Below, in pieces: positions 51,600 through 64,000 of a stretch of 64,000 nt of DNA (positions are counted from its first letter, which is position 1; every line of letters starts with the position of its first letter). Source of the stretch: Utricularia gibba (lineage: Eukaryota; Plantae; Magnoliophyta); NCBI GenBank assembly GCA_002189035.1, contig NEEC01000014.1, positions 3,038,001 to 3,102,000 of the forward strand. Direction: 5' to 3'. The position numbers and the translations under genes were made by a program. The notes under the pieces were generated by a model that worked only from the letters and a program-made list of their open reading frames with translations, made no database searches and was not told the DNA's origin.

Positions 51600-54500
51600 G
51601 ACCCTCTAAACAACAAGTGTTTGGAAAAAAAGATCCGGAGTTTCAAAGAAAACACAATCCTTCAAAAAAAGAGGAAAATTTCCAAGAAGGAATAAATATC
51701 CCTGCAACCCAAACAATGAAAATGATGCCACGTTTACGGAGCAAGCAAGGAAATGTGAGTGATAAAACACATTACACACCACACGCAAAGATTGATAAGT
51801 CTAAATTTTATAAGAACTTGTAGGATTGCTATCAAAACACATGACAACCTGAATTGTTCCTAAATAAGAGTGAGATCCTTCTTATATAGCTAGAAAAAAA
51901 TGCCTTTTCAAAAAAAGAGTACTAAAAGTGATCTAGAAAGTAATCCCCAACTTTACTCCACGTAGTCTACTTTGAGTAGATTGAACTTAATGCCACACTT
52001 TTCATTCATTTTTTGATTGGCCCATAATCTACTTTGAGTAGATTGAACTAAGCACGTGTCAGGCTCTTGATTCGTTTGGCCTCTTGCTCTATTTATTGCC
52101 CAAGTTGCATTGTAAGAAGAATGGCATCCTTCTTCCATTCATCTTCATTGTCTTTGTTCGTGACATCCGTGATCTCATTATCCCCTCCCTTCTTTAAAGA
52201 GAATCATCTTTGAATCATCACTATCTACATCATAAGGAATAAAATCAATAATATTGAATGTAGAATGTTCCAAAACTCACCTAGTAGAATTTTGTAAGCA
52301 TTGTCATCCATTTTCTCAATGAATTGAAAGGGATCATCTCTCCACTTGTTGAAAGCTTTCAATATTTCTTGTTTGGAAATCTTTCCTTTCAGAAATGTAC
52401 CCAAACATATTTCTTTGGCTTTAGGATAATTCTCTTTCTATGCTTGTTTGCTTTTGCTGCATAGTCCTTGTTTTTTATTTCAAGTTGATTTTGAACATTC
52501 TAATGTAGTGTTTCTGCTCTCTTATATCATGGCCCATCCCCCCTTTGCACGATATTGTCCACTTTGGGTACCTAACTCTCACGGTTTTACATTCTCCCCA
52601 TCTTTGGCCAGGAGCTTCCCATGTGGTCACCCATCCCAAAATTACCCTCAGCCAAGTATGCTTAACTTTGGAGTTCTGATAAAGAATCCTCCGCCATGCT
52701 CCGGAATAGACCTCAAACAAGGTTTGTGTGATCATTCTACTTAATCTCATCATCTCCCCCACCCGAAACCGATATGGGATTCACCAAAGGTTGTTCTACC
52801 ACCGTTCCTTCTTAGTACCATCAAAGCTATGAAATTCATCAAATGGAAATGGAAAAAAGCCTAAAGGAGCACGGAGATTAAATCCATGCACAAATTCAAA
52901 GGAGAACAATGTATAGAAGAAAGTACCACTCTATTGTATGTAAACATAACATGGGGCAAGCAATCTTCCCATGTTCTAATGTTCACTTTGATGATGGCAT
53001 GAAGGTAGATAGATTTCAGTTTGTAACCTTGTTTAGTCCATTAGTTTGTAGATAACAAGTGGTAAAGAAAAGAATTTTGTTCCCAACTTACTCCAAAGTG
53101 TGCACTAGAAGTGGTTGAGAAGCTTAGCATCTCAATCACATACAATGGTAAATGGCATTCCATGAATTCTGAAAATCTCTTTAAAGAATAAGTTTGCAAC
53201 ATGGGTTGCAACATCATTCTTGTGGCAATGAATGAAATGTGCCGTTTTGGAAAATCTATCAACCATTGTAAAGATTGAATCCTTTCCCTTTTGAATTCTT
53301 GGTAAACCTAAAAGAAAATCCATAGAAAGGTCAATAAAAGGGTGAATAGGATAGGAAGATGAGTGTATAATCCGTGAGAAGTGGATTTTTATTTTGCCTT
53401 TTTACACACCAAACATGTTTCACCAATTCTTTGTATATCTCTTCTCATGTGTGGCCAATAGAAGTATTCTTGGAGCATGCCCAATTTCTTGATGACACCA
53501 AAATGTCCCATAAGTCCGCCACCATGAATCTCTTTCACCAAAAACTCTCGAATGAAATAAAGAAGAATAGATAACCTATTCTTCTTGAAAAGGAAATCAT
53601 CTTGCTTTTAGAAATGATGAGGTTTATGCTAACATGAAAGATAAATATCCTAAAAATCATTATCAAGACTATAAAATTTTTTTATTATTGAAAATCCAAG
53701 CATTTAAACATCAAGAGTAGCCAAAAGTGTATACTTTCGTAACATATGGAATGGTATCAATGAACTCCACCCATCTTCCATGTACTATAGATAATGTTTC
53801 CAAGTTTCTAGTGTTCTTACTAGTGAGTACAGTTGCTCTTTATCATAAGTTGAGTAATTGAGTATAACTCCACCCAACTTTTCACTGAAGTAGGTAATGG
53901 GTTGACTTGTTTGCATTAGAACAATACTTATTTCAATTCAAGAAGCATTGCATTCAATTTCAAATGTTTTATAGATATTTGGTAATGCAAGTAAAGGAGA
54001 GGAGCTAAACTTATTATTAAATTGTTTGAATGTAAACTTTTCCTCAGAAAAACTGAACATTCTTCTTTATCACTTAATCCAATGGTTCACTAAGAGTGCT
54101 AAAATCCTTAGCAAAACAACGGACAAAACTTGCCAATCGATGGAAGCTACATACTTCTCCAACTGTGGTAGGAGTTAGTAATTCTCTAATTGCGTTCACC
54201 TTTTCTCCATCCATTGAATTTCTGCATCACACACAATGTAGCAAAGAAAAGAAATTTTGTTTGTGCAAAATTCACAGTTCTTGATGTTAGCATACAAACA
54301 CTCCTTTCTAAAGACAAGCAGCACTTCACGTAAATGACATATATGTTCTTCCAACAAAACATCACTCAACAAAGAAAAAAGAAAAACAAAAAGGGTAGTT
54401 CTTCCATTCTTGCTTATTGAAAAAAGAAAAACAAAAAAAAACGTTCAAGCCACGTACTTCTTCGTACTTTTGATTGAAGAAGAGCTCGAAATTGAGTTTC

Positions 54501-54620
54501 AATTGAATAGCAAGAACACCTTGAATATCAACTTTAAGGGTGTAAGAAGAGAAGGAGTGTGTGTTGGAGATCAGCCTCCATCCAAAGGTTGAAGGTGATT
54601 GGAAACATTAATCTTGTATC
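51600..54620 (-). mobile_element. Decayed CRM-lineage (centromeric chromovirus) gypsy element: RT, RNase H, integrase, CR motif
   Basis: [92 protein letters not shown], and a GPI.RARAKR-like CR motif near 52080-52110. Confidence 0.85.
52525..52784 (-). mobile_element. Cassandra TRIM LTR (5S rRNA-derived core) nested in CRM integrase
   Basis: The reverse complement of about 52615-52690 reads ATCAGAACTCCAAAGTTAAGCATACTTGGCTGAGGGTAATTTTGGGATGGGTGACCACATGGGAAG, matching the 5S internal control region. The termini resemble Cassandra (GTGAATCCCATATCGG...GGACAATATCGTGC..GGGCCATGATA). Confidence 0.85.
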
Positions 54621-54629
54621 ATAATGTCA

Positions 54630-57210
54630 TGTTTCAGATAAAAAGGAGTTGGGTTCGAGCATGGAAGTGTTGGGTTCGAGTTGTTGGGCTTTTTTGTGTG
54701 TTTTCAATGATTGTGGCCCACTGTTGGGTAACCTAGGTATTGGGTATATATAAACCCTACTAGGAATGCATGTCAACTAGGTTTTCGGTCATTCTTATTG
54801 TTAATGAGTCGTTTTTCATCCAAGGTGATCTCATAAGCATTACCTTTTTGTTACTTCCCAAGACTCTATCTTTCTTGCATCAACATGATATCAGAGCAGT
54901 AAGGTTTTCAAACTTGTGTTTGTTTCAGTATTTTATTTACTGTTCAGCGTTTTTTACTTAGTGGATTACCAAGTATCAACCCAAAGGTTTTCAAACGGTG
55001 GCTATGATGGCATCTGGGAGAGGACCTCCAATATTTGATGGTTCTAAGTATGGAAGCTGGGTCAAAAAGATGTGTAGCTACCTTCGGGTCAGAAAGATTT
55101 GGGGTGTTGTCAAAAGGGAGATTCCGGCTATTACAATAACAAGCAAATCCACATCAGAACAGCAAGAGGAAGCTGAGTATCTTCAACAGAGAAAAGATGA
55201 AACAATGGATGCCTTGTATCAAGCCATCTCTGAACATCTGTTTGATGATATTGCAGAGTGTCAATCAGCGAAAGAAATATGGGATACTCTCAAATCCCAT
55301 TATAAAGGCGATGCCAAACTCAGAGAGATATTATGCAAAAACAAGCTGGAGGACTTTGAGACCATACAAGTCTATTATGAACATACTATGAAGCTTGTGA
55401 AGTAGATTCGAGGATTAGGGGGAAAAACTTGAGGATCAAAAGGTGATTAGCAAGGCAATCATGAGCCTACTTGCAAGATTCGAGCCAAAGTTATGTGCAC
55501 TTGAGACAGAAAGAAAAATCCTTGCCATTATTGAAGGAAAGCTCCATCAGCTGTATCCTGAATATCGTGTTACACCAGAGCCAACATTTAGAGAGTTCAT
55601 GATTGAGTTGCATAAAAAAGAGATTGGAACTAAGAGATGGTTATGAAGTTGAGAAAACTTATGGTAAAGCTGCTCTCCTTAGAATCTTTGGTAGTCTGTG
55701 TTTTACTCATGTACCAGACCAAAAACGAGAAAAAGTTGATAAGAAATCTGTATCTGGTGTATTTATGGTTATAGCAACACTACCAAGGAATATAAAGTGT
55801 ATATACCTGACTAGAAGAAATTTATCTTCAGCCATGATGTCTCTTTTGATGAAGGTGCAAGATATACTTTAATTGATGATTGCATTTCTCTGACTGATGC
55901 AGAAGGTCATAAAAGTCGTGGAAGGCATAGCACTCATGTGAAAGGAGACCTCTGGGCACATATGCCTCAAAACATCTTTTCCAGAAATTAAACAAACCAA
56001 GAAACTTCAGAACTCGTCCATGAAGATTCAAATCAAGTAAATGAACAGCATTTTGATGAGATTTTCCCACCTCTAGAGGAGGAGAAGGTCACAAATCAAG
56101 ATGACTCATCCAATGAGAATTCAGAATCAAACTCAGAACCCCTATATGAACAATCTCATTAGGCCAATGATCAACATTTCGATGGGAATTTCGAAATCCC
56201 AGAAGAGGAGAAAGGCACGAATGTAGAAGACTCATCAATAGATGAATCTGATGGGGAGGAACCTGATACTGATGATGAAGATTATTACCCATCTGATTGT
56301 GATTGGCAAGGAAGGAAATGCAAAAACATCAGAGATTCAATAGATAATGAAGATAGTCGTGTTACTGACATTAGAAGAAGCAAAAAAAACAAGGCTCCTA
56401 CACTAATTTTCTCCAAGTTGAATGATGATGTCCAAGATGCTGTAGTTGACATTTTGGCTGGATTATTGACAGGAGATCCAACATCATTTGAATTGGCTGT
56501 ACAAAATCCGAAATGGAATGAGGCCAGGAAGGAAGAAATGAATTATATACTTGAAAATGAAACATGGGAGTTAGTTGATAAACCCAAAGATAGGGATTTC
56601 AAACCTATTGACCTCAAGTGGTTATTCGAAATCAAGATGAATGCAGATGGCTCTATCAACAAATATAAGGTTAGATTAGTAGCCAAGGGATATAATCAGA
56701 TCAAAGGAATAAATTTTCATGAGATTTTTGCACCAGTAGCAAGATTTGACAAGATTAAAGTATTTCTTGCCATTTCAGCTGCTCATGGATGGAAAGTGTA
56801 TCACATGGATGTGAAGACTGCGTTCTTGAATGGTGTGTTAGAGGAGGTTGTTTTTGTTGAACAACCAAAGGGCTTCGAAGTGTCAGGTGATGAAGACAAA
56901 ATATTGAAGCTAAAGAAATCTCTCTATGGGTTAAAGCAAGCTCCTAGAGCATGGAATGAACAAATGGATAACTTTCTCTCCAAGGTATTGGTTTCAAAAA
57001 AACATATAGTGATTACTCACTATACGTTAAAGGAAAGGGAGATGATCGTTTATTTGTTAGTGTATATGTGGATGATTTTATGATTACTTCAAGTGATGAA
57101 AGGAAGATTGAAGAATTCAAAGCCCTTGTCAAAAATGAATTCAAGATTAATGACCTTGGAATGATGTCCTACTATCTAGGCATGGAAATTTACCAACAGT
57201 GTGAAGGTGA
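54630..57210 (+). mobile_element. Ty1/copia (Ale-like) element: 5' LTR, PBS-Met, gag, integrase remnant and RT; 3' truncated
   Basis: LTR TGTT(54630)...AACA(54885) and PBS TGATATCAGAGC (54886-54897). Motifs: gag PPIFDGSKYGSW..SAKEIWDTLK, FGSLCFTHVPDQKREKVD, and RT KYKVRLVAKGY..HMDVKTAFLNG..LKKSLYGLKQAPRAW. Confidence 0.9.
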
Positions 57211-57725
57211 ATACCCATCACCCATCACTATCATCCATTAATGTATATGTTTATTTGTGACCCACCTCTCTACTTTTCCCATTCCACCAAGCAACCACTT
57301 TATTGTTATTTTCCTTATCTTGATCCTCATCCCCTATCACTTAGTTGTCCCTACCATTCCATTTGAATATTCGCTTTGTTGATTGCCCATTCCTGAGTTT
57401 TCATCTGTTCTTACCTTGTGTCCATCCCTCCTATTTATCTACTGCAACAAGCAACCAACATAATTCAACCAATCCCGTTAGTCTCTATCTTGAGACAATT
57501 GACACTGCCACCTTCACCTAACCCCATCATAACACCATAATCGATACCAATCAGGAAGTGATTAATTCTTGAGGTGTCATGAGGTCAAGCATGATGATTT
57601 TATGGACTGCATCAAGGACTTGAAGCTTCGGGATTGAGTGGTAAACCTTGTGTGTGTTTCTTTTTTCTTTCACTATATTCTTTTTTCTTTCTTTTGCTGC
57701 TTGTTTCTTTTGTCTTCTGTTTAGA

Positions 57726-57930
57726 ATGTCAAACTCAAGAAGTGAGCATGACAAGGATGACTCACCAGATGAGAAGTTAACTTTGAGAGCTATATAACAG
57801 GAATTCGCAAGATTGCATCGCATTCTGGAAAATATAAATGTCAGGCTTGATGAACATCAAAACTCTCTACAAAATGTTGCAAAAGCCCAAGGACGAGATA
57901 ATTATGCTGCCAGAAAGGTTCGAGGTGTTC
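57726..57930 (+). pseudogene. Probable CRM-type gag N-terminus interrupted by an Angela LTR
   Basis: MSNSRSE..KLTLRAI.QEFARLHRILENINVRLDEHQ resembles the CRM gag start (AMQQQFERM..I.DRMD). Confidence 0.5.
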
Positions 57931-57934
57931 AAAC

Positions 57935-58945
57935 TGTTAGTGTATGTGTTCTAGAGACAATCAACTCATTGGCAAATTTATATCATTGATAAAATCTTCT
58001 ACTTGATATATGTGCTATAGAAATTATGATGAGATCATAATGTGAGATTCTTCAAGCACTCATGATCAAGTTAAAATTTCCTGGCTAGAGTATTTTTGAA
58101 ATGATGATATCACAAATACGGATAAGCTTGCACACATTGAGTTCCCTAAACAGTTTGGGCAATGGTTCTCACAATTGATGTAATGAGATTACTAGAACCT
58201 ATGTATGGGTGTCGATTAGAGAATCGATTCACTGGATAACTCATCTTCGAGATGCTACTATGGGAAGCTAACCAAGTGTCAGTAGCAAGATCTCGAATAT
58301 GACAGCCGTGCAAGTAAGCTTAGACTTGAAGTCAACAAAGTTATCTTGATCTTAAGCTCACATTGTCGCTTATTACTAATGGGAGTCTAACCATGACTTG
58401 CCTAGTATGGATGAGTAGAGATGTGACTCCTTAAAGTTGGAGATAGTTGATTGATCAATAAAGGATTCATCACTCAAGTTAGCGATGAGATCATATCTCA
58501 AGTAATTGCATCAAAGCCTAACAATAAGTCCTGGGCCCAGGGTAACGACACTTGAATTCTTTGAGTAGGTCATTGAGTGTTAGTGCTTGAATGCAATTAT
58601 AAGTTCAATACATCAGCAAGACACACCCATGTTTTGGTATCGAATGAGATATAAGTATGATGAAAGTTGTTCATTGCATGGTGGCTGGTCATGGAAAGGC
58701 TCAATCAATTCACCTGATTATTCTCTAATCTTGAGGATCATGATATGTTGCTAGACATCACTCATGATCGATAATGAAGGATTTGATTAATTAAGAGTTA
58801 ATTAATAAATCCATTATTACGGCCTTGATTGAAGAAGCGCATAAGGTCACACACAGTAGTAGAATCACTCATCGATATAAAATAGAATGATACAATTACA
58901 TGAGAGGTAATTGGTAAAGTGGATAAATTAAATAGAGAGCTAGTT
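57935..58945 (+). mobile_element. Angela-type LTR, 3' truncated
   Basis: Starts TGTTAGTGTATGTGTTCTAGAGACAATC and is collinear with 30220-31245. Confidence 0.88.
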
Positions 58946-58959
58946 GACAACAGAAGTTG

Positions 58960-60753
58960 GGGAATTGAACCAAAAAGGAAGCCTATTGTCGCAAGCCAAT
59001 CCCAACTCTGAAGGAGGATAAAATATCAGCACAATGACACTGAGGAATGGGAAAAAAAAGCGTTGTAGGGAATTATTCCAATCTCATGACATAGAAATAG
59101 GAATTGTTGCTTTCACATTGAAGTTATGGAAGCACTATCTACATGGGGTGAAGTCATGTGTTTTAAGAGTTGGAAATACTTGTTTACTCAAAAGAAGAGA
59201 ACATGAGTCTAAGGAAATGGATTGAAACGATCAGGCAAGGCTGCTTGCGTGCACGATGACAGCAAATTAAAGAACCTCGAAGTTAGAACCTTACGACACA
59301 TTGGCTAAAACGACAAGTACAAGGACACGAAGAATGCAGAAACTTGGTGTCCTGAGCGTTGGTCATTTGAGATGTGAAAAGATAGGTTAGTTGATCCTAA
59401 CTCAATTGGAGTGAAGCAAAAGATCTTATATGAACCAAATGTACAACCGTTTGTCAACAAAATGAATGATGACTTGAGAGCAAGCTGGTGCAACATCCCA
59501 AAGCATTAAAGAAGAAAAATACCTAAGTCCTAGAGGGAAGCAACAAGCAAGGAGATTCCCGAATGAAAGTTTGATCATATCACAATGCACCTCATAGTGG
59601 GAATACCATGAAGAATCATGAAGAGCCATGCTATTAGGGTTAATCTAGGCAGATTGACCAAAGTTTCACATCACATTTTCCTGCAGTAGGACAACATGAA
59701 ACCATCAACAAGCTCGCTCAGGTGCAATGAGATCCAAAAGCAATTGCATGGAGGGCAAAACGATTTTCATTGACATTTTTTCAGTTTTTTGCCAAAAGCA
59801 ATGAGATCCGGAATGGAAAGAGTTCTTCCGTGTTTTTTTAACCATTTTCTCCTTGTTTGTTCTTCGTTGCGTCAAGAGTGTAGAAGACCACGTCCTTTTC
59901 TTGTTTAATTTGGTACTTCAAACTCCGTTTAGAGTCCTTGAAATCATTTCTGGATGCCTCAACCATTCCGCTTATGGGCAAGGCACCCTGTTGTTTGCTT
60001 CCCAAATGAGTTTTACCCTATAGATGCGTAGGGAACATTCATGGTTCCCTCCGTACGTGCTATGTGAACATGTGTTCGAAATTGGAGACGGGTTTTGACC
60101 CACGCCAGTAGCAACGAGGTTTTAGCCATGGGATTCATGACTAAAAATGAAAGACGTGCGGGAGGCATCCTCATGGGCTTAGCCACGCAAAAAGGGCAAG
60201 GAAAACATGTTTGTCCATGATAGGGTGTGCGTTTGGAGGTGGTGGTGACTTCGTTGGTCTTCGGATCACCACTCATGAACTTCGAAAGCACATGACCAAA
60301 ATGCTAAGACACGGAGGCGATGGCTAGGTCAATGGATTTCATCGAAGATATGCACTATGGGACTCACTTTGTGGTTATGTGCTTGTTCCTTGGTTTTTAT
60401 CCTCCGTACCTCTTTATTTTCTTCTTACCCTAATCGTAGTAGGATGACCACTATATTGTTTACGCTTCTTCCAGGAGAATAGTTGAAGGTGTGGTGATCA
60501 ACCGAAGTAGGAGTTTGGGCTGTAACAAGTTGTGCAGGGGTCTTCGAAACGCTGTACAAACGACAACAATGTCACGAGATATATGCTATGTAGGTGAAAC
60601 GTAGTTCCTTTTGGTATGAGTTCATGGATATGTAACCAACATAATGACATTTTACCACGTTGTATTAGAGTTGCGTTACCCTTCATCCTAGCGTTCATTA
60701 AGGCTTGGCATTCGTATCTCATGCGTCATGGTCCCTGGTCATGGGTCATGACA
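58960..60753 (+). mobile_element. Degenerate Tekay/Del element: RNase H and integrase relics plus partial 3' LTR
   Basis: SHDIEIGIVAFTLKLWKHYLHGVK and IPE.KFDHITMHLIVGIP..GRLTKVSH. LTR end GGGTCATGACA at 60753; about 59920-60753 is paralogous to about 61580-62444. Confidence 0.75.
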
Positions 60754-61042
60754 ACTTCAAGCTCTCGGTTTGCTGTCGACATGCGAACATCAGAACAGGA
60801 TATCCGTTCGTACGCTGAGAACGATTTTCATGAACTCTATTCGCACCCCTCGGCTGTGGTGCACTGTGTGCTCGTTTTCGGAATGTTAGTGGGCATAATT
60901 TGATGAAATCAATGGGAACCTTGAGTTGTATACGCATTGAAAATCATCTTATGAGCTGAACGCAATTGCAGGCATGCAGCACGCAGCACATGAGCAGTTC
61001 ACATGCCTGAGGCATAGGGAGGTATATGTACTTGTTATGGTC

Positions 61043-63786
61043 TGTGACATCCAATGCTGGGGTTTAGCATATTACCTCTCTAATGATCATGGTTATGTAT
61101 GAAATCAATAAGGGATGGGGCCCACACCGGTATGGGGGTTGTTTTTATTAACCAATGAAGATGAAGCAAGTGCTATCTAAAGGAAGGACCACATGGCAAC
61201 CTCAGGATAGAGGGTATGCTGACTCATGGAGTCTCTTAAGTTCTGGAGGATATAGTTGCTTTGAGTTGTTGAGGAGATACCTTAGGAAGTAGAGTTGTGG
61301 AAGGAAGGGGGTGTTAGAGCTAAAGAGGAAGGAATTTCGTGGAATTAGCCATAAGAAAGGGATTACTTCTGTAGGAAGGTAAGTGGGATGAGTGCTACTG
61401 TTTTTAGAAGCATGTCTTGATGCTTCTCTGGAACATATGCGATTAATTGCCTATGTGTTGTTATATGTTGTCTTAGAAAGATTTCTTTCATGTTTTCATT
61501 AACCCGTTTTTCTTCCCTGTTCTTCTTTGTGTGAAAAGTCCAGCAGGGCACGTCCTTCTGATCTTAATGCTTCAAATCTATTTAGAGTCCCTAAAATTCT
61601 TCTTTCAGAACCTAATTTGTTATTTTCCAAGGATTAGGTGCCCTTGTTGGTCAGTTTCCAAACGGGTATTCCCTTTTGAAGTGTATAGAGTGCTCAATGT
61701 TTTTCCCTACGTGCTATGTGAACTTATGATAGGAAATGGAGAGGAGTGTGGACCCACGCTCCTAGCAACATGGTTTTAACCATGGGATTCATGGCTAAAT
61801 ATGTCAGACATGTCTGAGGCATCCCTATGGGGTAAGCCAGAAAAGAAAGGCCAGGGAACACGTTATATGCATGCTATGGTCTGAGTTTAGAGGTGGTGTT
61901 CGGTTGGTGGCTCTTCTGAACACTACTAAAGGACTTAGGCAATACATGGCCCATTTCCTAAGATCTGGAGGTGATGCCTAAGTTGAAGGGTCAAGGGGAT
62001 TGGGCAAAGATAGAGAATGGGACTCACTACATGGATATGTGCTTGGCTTTGAGATTTTATGCTCAAACACTCTTTCTTCACTTCATGCACGTTTATCTTT
62101 TACCAAACTTCAGTAGCATGACCACTTCATGTTTTAACTTGTTCCAGGTGTAGAGGGGAATGGCTGAAGGTCTGGTGGTCAACCAAACTAGAGGTTTTCC
62201 CATAGAAGTTGTGGCATGTCGTGAACAGCTGTTGAAACCTTAGCTATGTTGTGAGGAATGTGCTAAGTAGGCTGGACATAGTTCCTTTTGCATGTTTGAA
62301 CGGTTGCGAGTTAATATATATGTAGCCAACTTAATGTTATTTCTCCATGCTACAAAAGGGGTTAAGTAGCCTTGAGTCCTAACGTTTGATGGGGTTTGGC
62401 AGTCATGTCTCATGCCTCTTGGGCCCTAGGCATGGGTCCTGACAGTACTGAATTTGAGGAGGCTTAGGGGCATGATCCTCTCAAGATTTCGAGGGTGGCC
62501 ACAACAACACGGAAAACATTGGAGACGAGAAGGAATTCAAGAGGTTTAGAGGCGTTCTAGAGTGTCCTACGAGTCTTGGGGCTAGAGTGACCGTTGATAA
62601 CCACATGATCCATTATTGGTGCTACGGCGTTTCGATCGTTGGAGTTAAGTTTAGGTTATCATGTGCAAAGCGTAAGACACAGAGGACATTCCGAAAACGT
62701 CATCTAGGACGAGACATGTTCACTATGGGTCCACGCTGATTCCCTTTGGATCAACAAACGCCCTGTTGTATTCATGGGGTTAAGGACAAGTGTGCTTGTT
62801 GCTTCTGTGGATGACTCTGTGATTGTGTTCATATATGCTATTCTGATTTATCCCCGGGATGAGGAGCAGCATGGGCAGCTTCTTGGAGCCGGTTTGCAGC
62901 GTTTGCGGGGCTGTCAGTTGTACGGCAAGTTCAGTAAAGATGATTTCCCGGTTTTCAAGTTCCTCGTCTCATGGACACAAAGCGTCAACAGAAGGCGCCA
63001 CGGTGGATTCGAACAAATACAGTGGCGGCGGTGTCCCCTCAAGCTGAAAGTGCACAGGGGGTTTCGAGGTTGGTTGCAAACGGCAGGTTGCTATCGGAAG
63101 TTTCTTAAAGGACATTCAGGGATTGCAGTACTCCTTCCGTGAGTGGACGAAGAAAGGAGCGAAACACTTATGGCCCGAGATTTGTGAGCGCAGTTTTCAT
63201 TCCCCTAGACACCCTTACACAACCTACGATGGGAGGGAATATCGGTAGTCATAGTGATGCATCTCAGGATGTGCTTGATGCAGCAAGAAGGCATTAGACC
63301 ATCCGGCTCTAGGAAGCCAAATCCTCATGAATAAAGTTACCCTACTCATGACGTGGAAATAGCGGTTGTTGCTTTCGCATGTTCGTTACGGAAGCACTGC
63401 CTGCATTGGGTGAAGTCGAGTGTGAAAAGAGTCACAAGTACTCGTTCACTCAAAAGGAAAAGAACACGAGGCTAATGAGATGGATTGAAGTGCTCAGGGA
63501 GGACGACCTGGTAGTCAAACACCACTCCGGTAGGGTAGCTAAGGTCGTGGATGGTGTAAAGTAGGAAGAACCCATGAAGGCATGGCCGCTTGTGCGCAGG
63601 ACAGCGGATCTCTAATTAGAGGTGGTGCAAGATAGATGGCGATGCGAGGCTACTGGCACACTGAAGAAGCGCAAAGTGAAAACCCTTTACGACACACTGG
63701 CTGAAACAACAATTACAAGGACGCGAATAATGCAAACAATGGATGCTCCGGGCGTTGGTCGTTTCAGGTGTGATCAGATAGGTTAG
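61043..63786 (+). mobile_element. Degenerate Tekay/Del element: LTR 61043-62444 plus RT and RNase H relics
   Basis: LTR TGTGACATCC...GGGTCCTGACA. Motifs: DDSVIVFIYAILIY..EEQHGQLL..LRGCQLYGKFSK, YPTHDVEIAVVAFA and KYSFTQKEKNTRLMRWIEVL. Confidence 0.8.
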
Positions 63787-63928
63787 TCCAAGATGCTGTA
63801 GCTGATCTTTTGGCTGAATTATTGACAGGAGATCCAACATCATTTGAAATGGCTGTAAAAAATCCGAAATGGAGAGAGGCCATGAAGGAAGAAATGAATT
63901 CTACTTGAAAATGAAACATGAGAGTTAG
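63787..63928 (+). mobile_element. Second copy of a fragment of the 54630-57210 copia family
   Basis: Near-identical to about 56430-56575 (GTCCAAGATGCTGTAG..GACAGGAGATCCAACATCATTTGAA..GAAGGAAGAAATGAATT..GAAAATGAAACATG). Confidence 0.85.
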
Positions 63929-64000
63929 ATGTTCTCGTATGTTGCCTTGCCGGCAATTATTGTGACAGCATGTGATTGCGAGATGTTCTCGTATGTAGCC

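Overview
Plant (probably eudicot) nuclear heterochromatin-like DNA. I found no intact host protein-coding gene, tRNA, rRNA or CRISPR array. The window is mostly nested, decayed LTR retrotransposons (Ty1/copia including Angela- and Ale-like; Ty3/gypsy Athila-, CRM-, Tekay/Del- and chromodomain-type), plus hAT, MULE-like and MITE remnants, a Cassandra TRIM LTR and a perfect (TC)101 tract. The main unexplained structure is an old segmental duplication (about 12.9-20.35 kb versus 29.7-41.75 kb). It carries a scrambled mitochondrial atp1 NUMT and an unidentified reading frame, and each copy has its own TE insertions and templated micro-rearrangements. A probable plastid trnK-intron NUPT lies at about 46.5-46.9 kb. 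All identifications come from by-eye translation and alignment and recall of family consensus motifs; no database search was run, and boundaries without a TSD or terminal motif are approximate.
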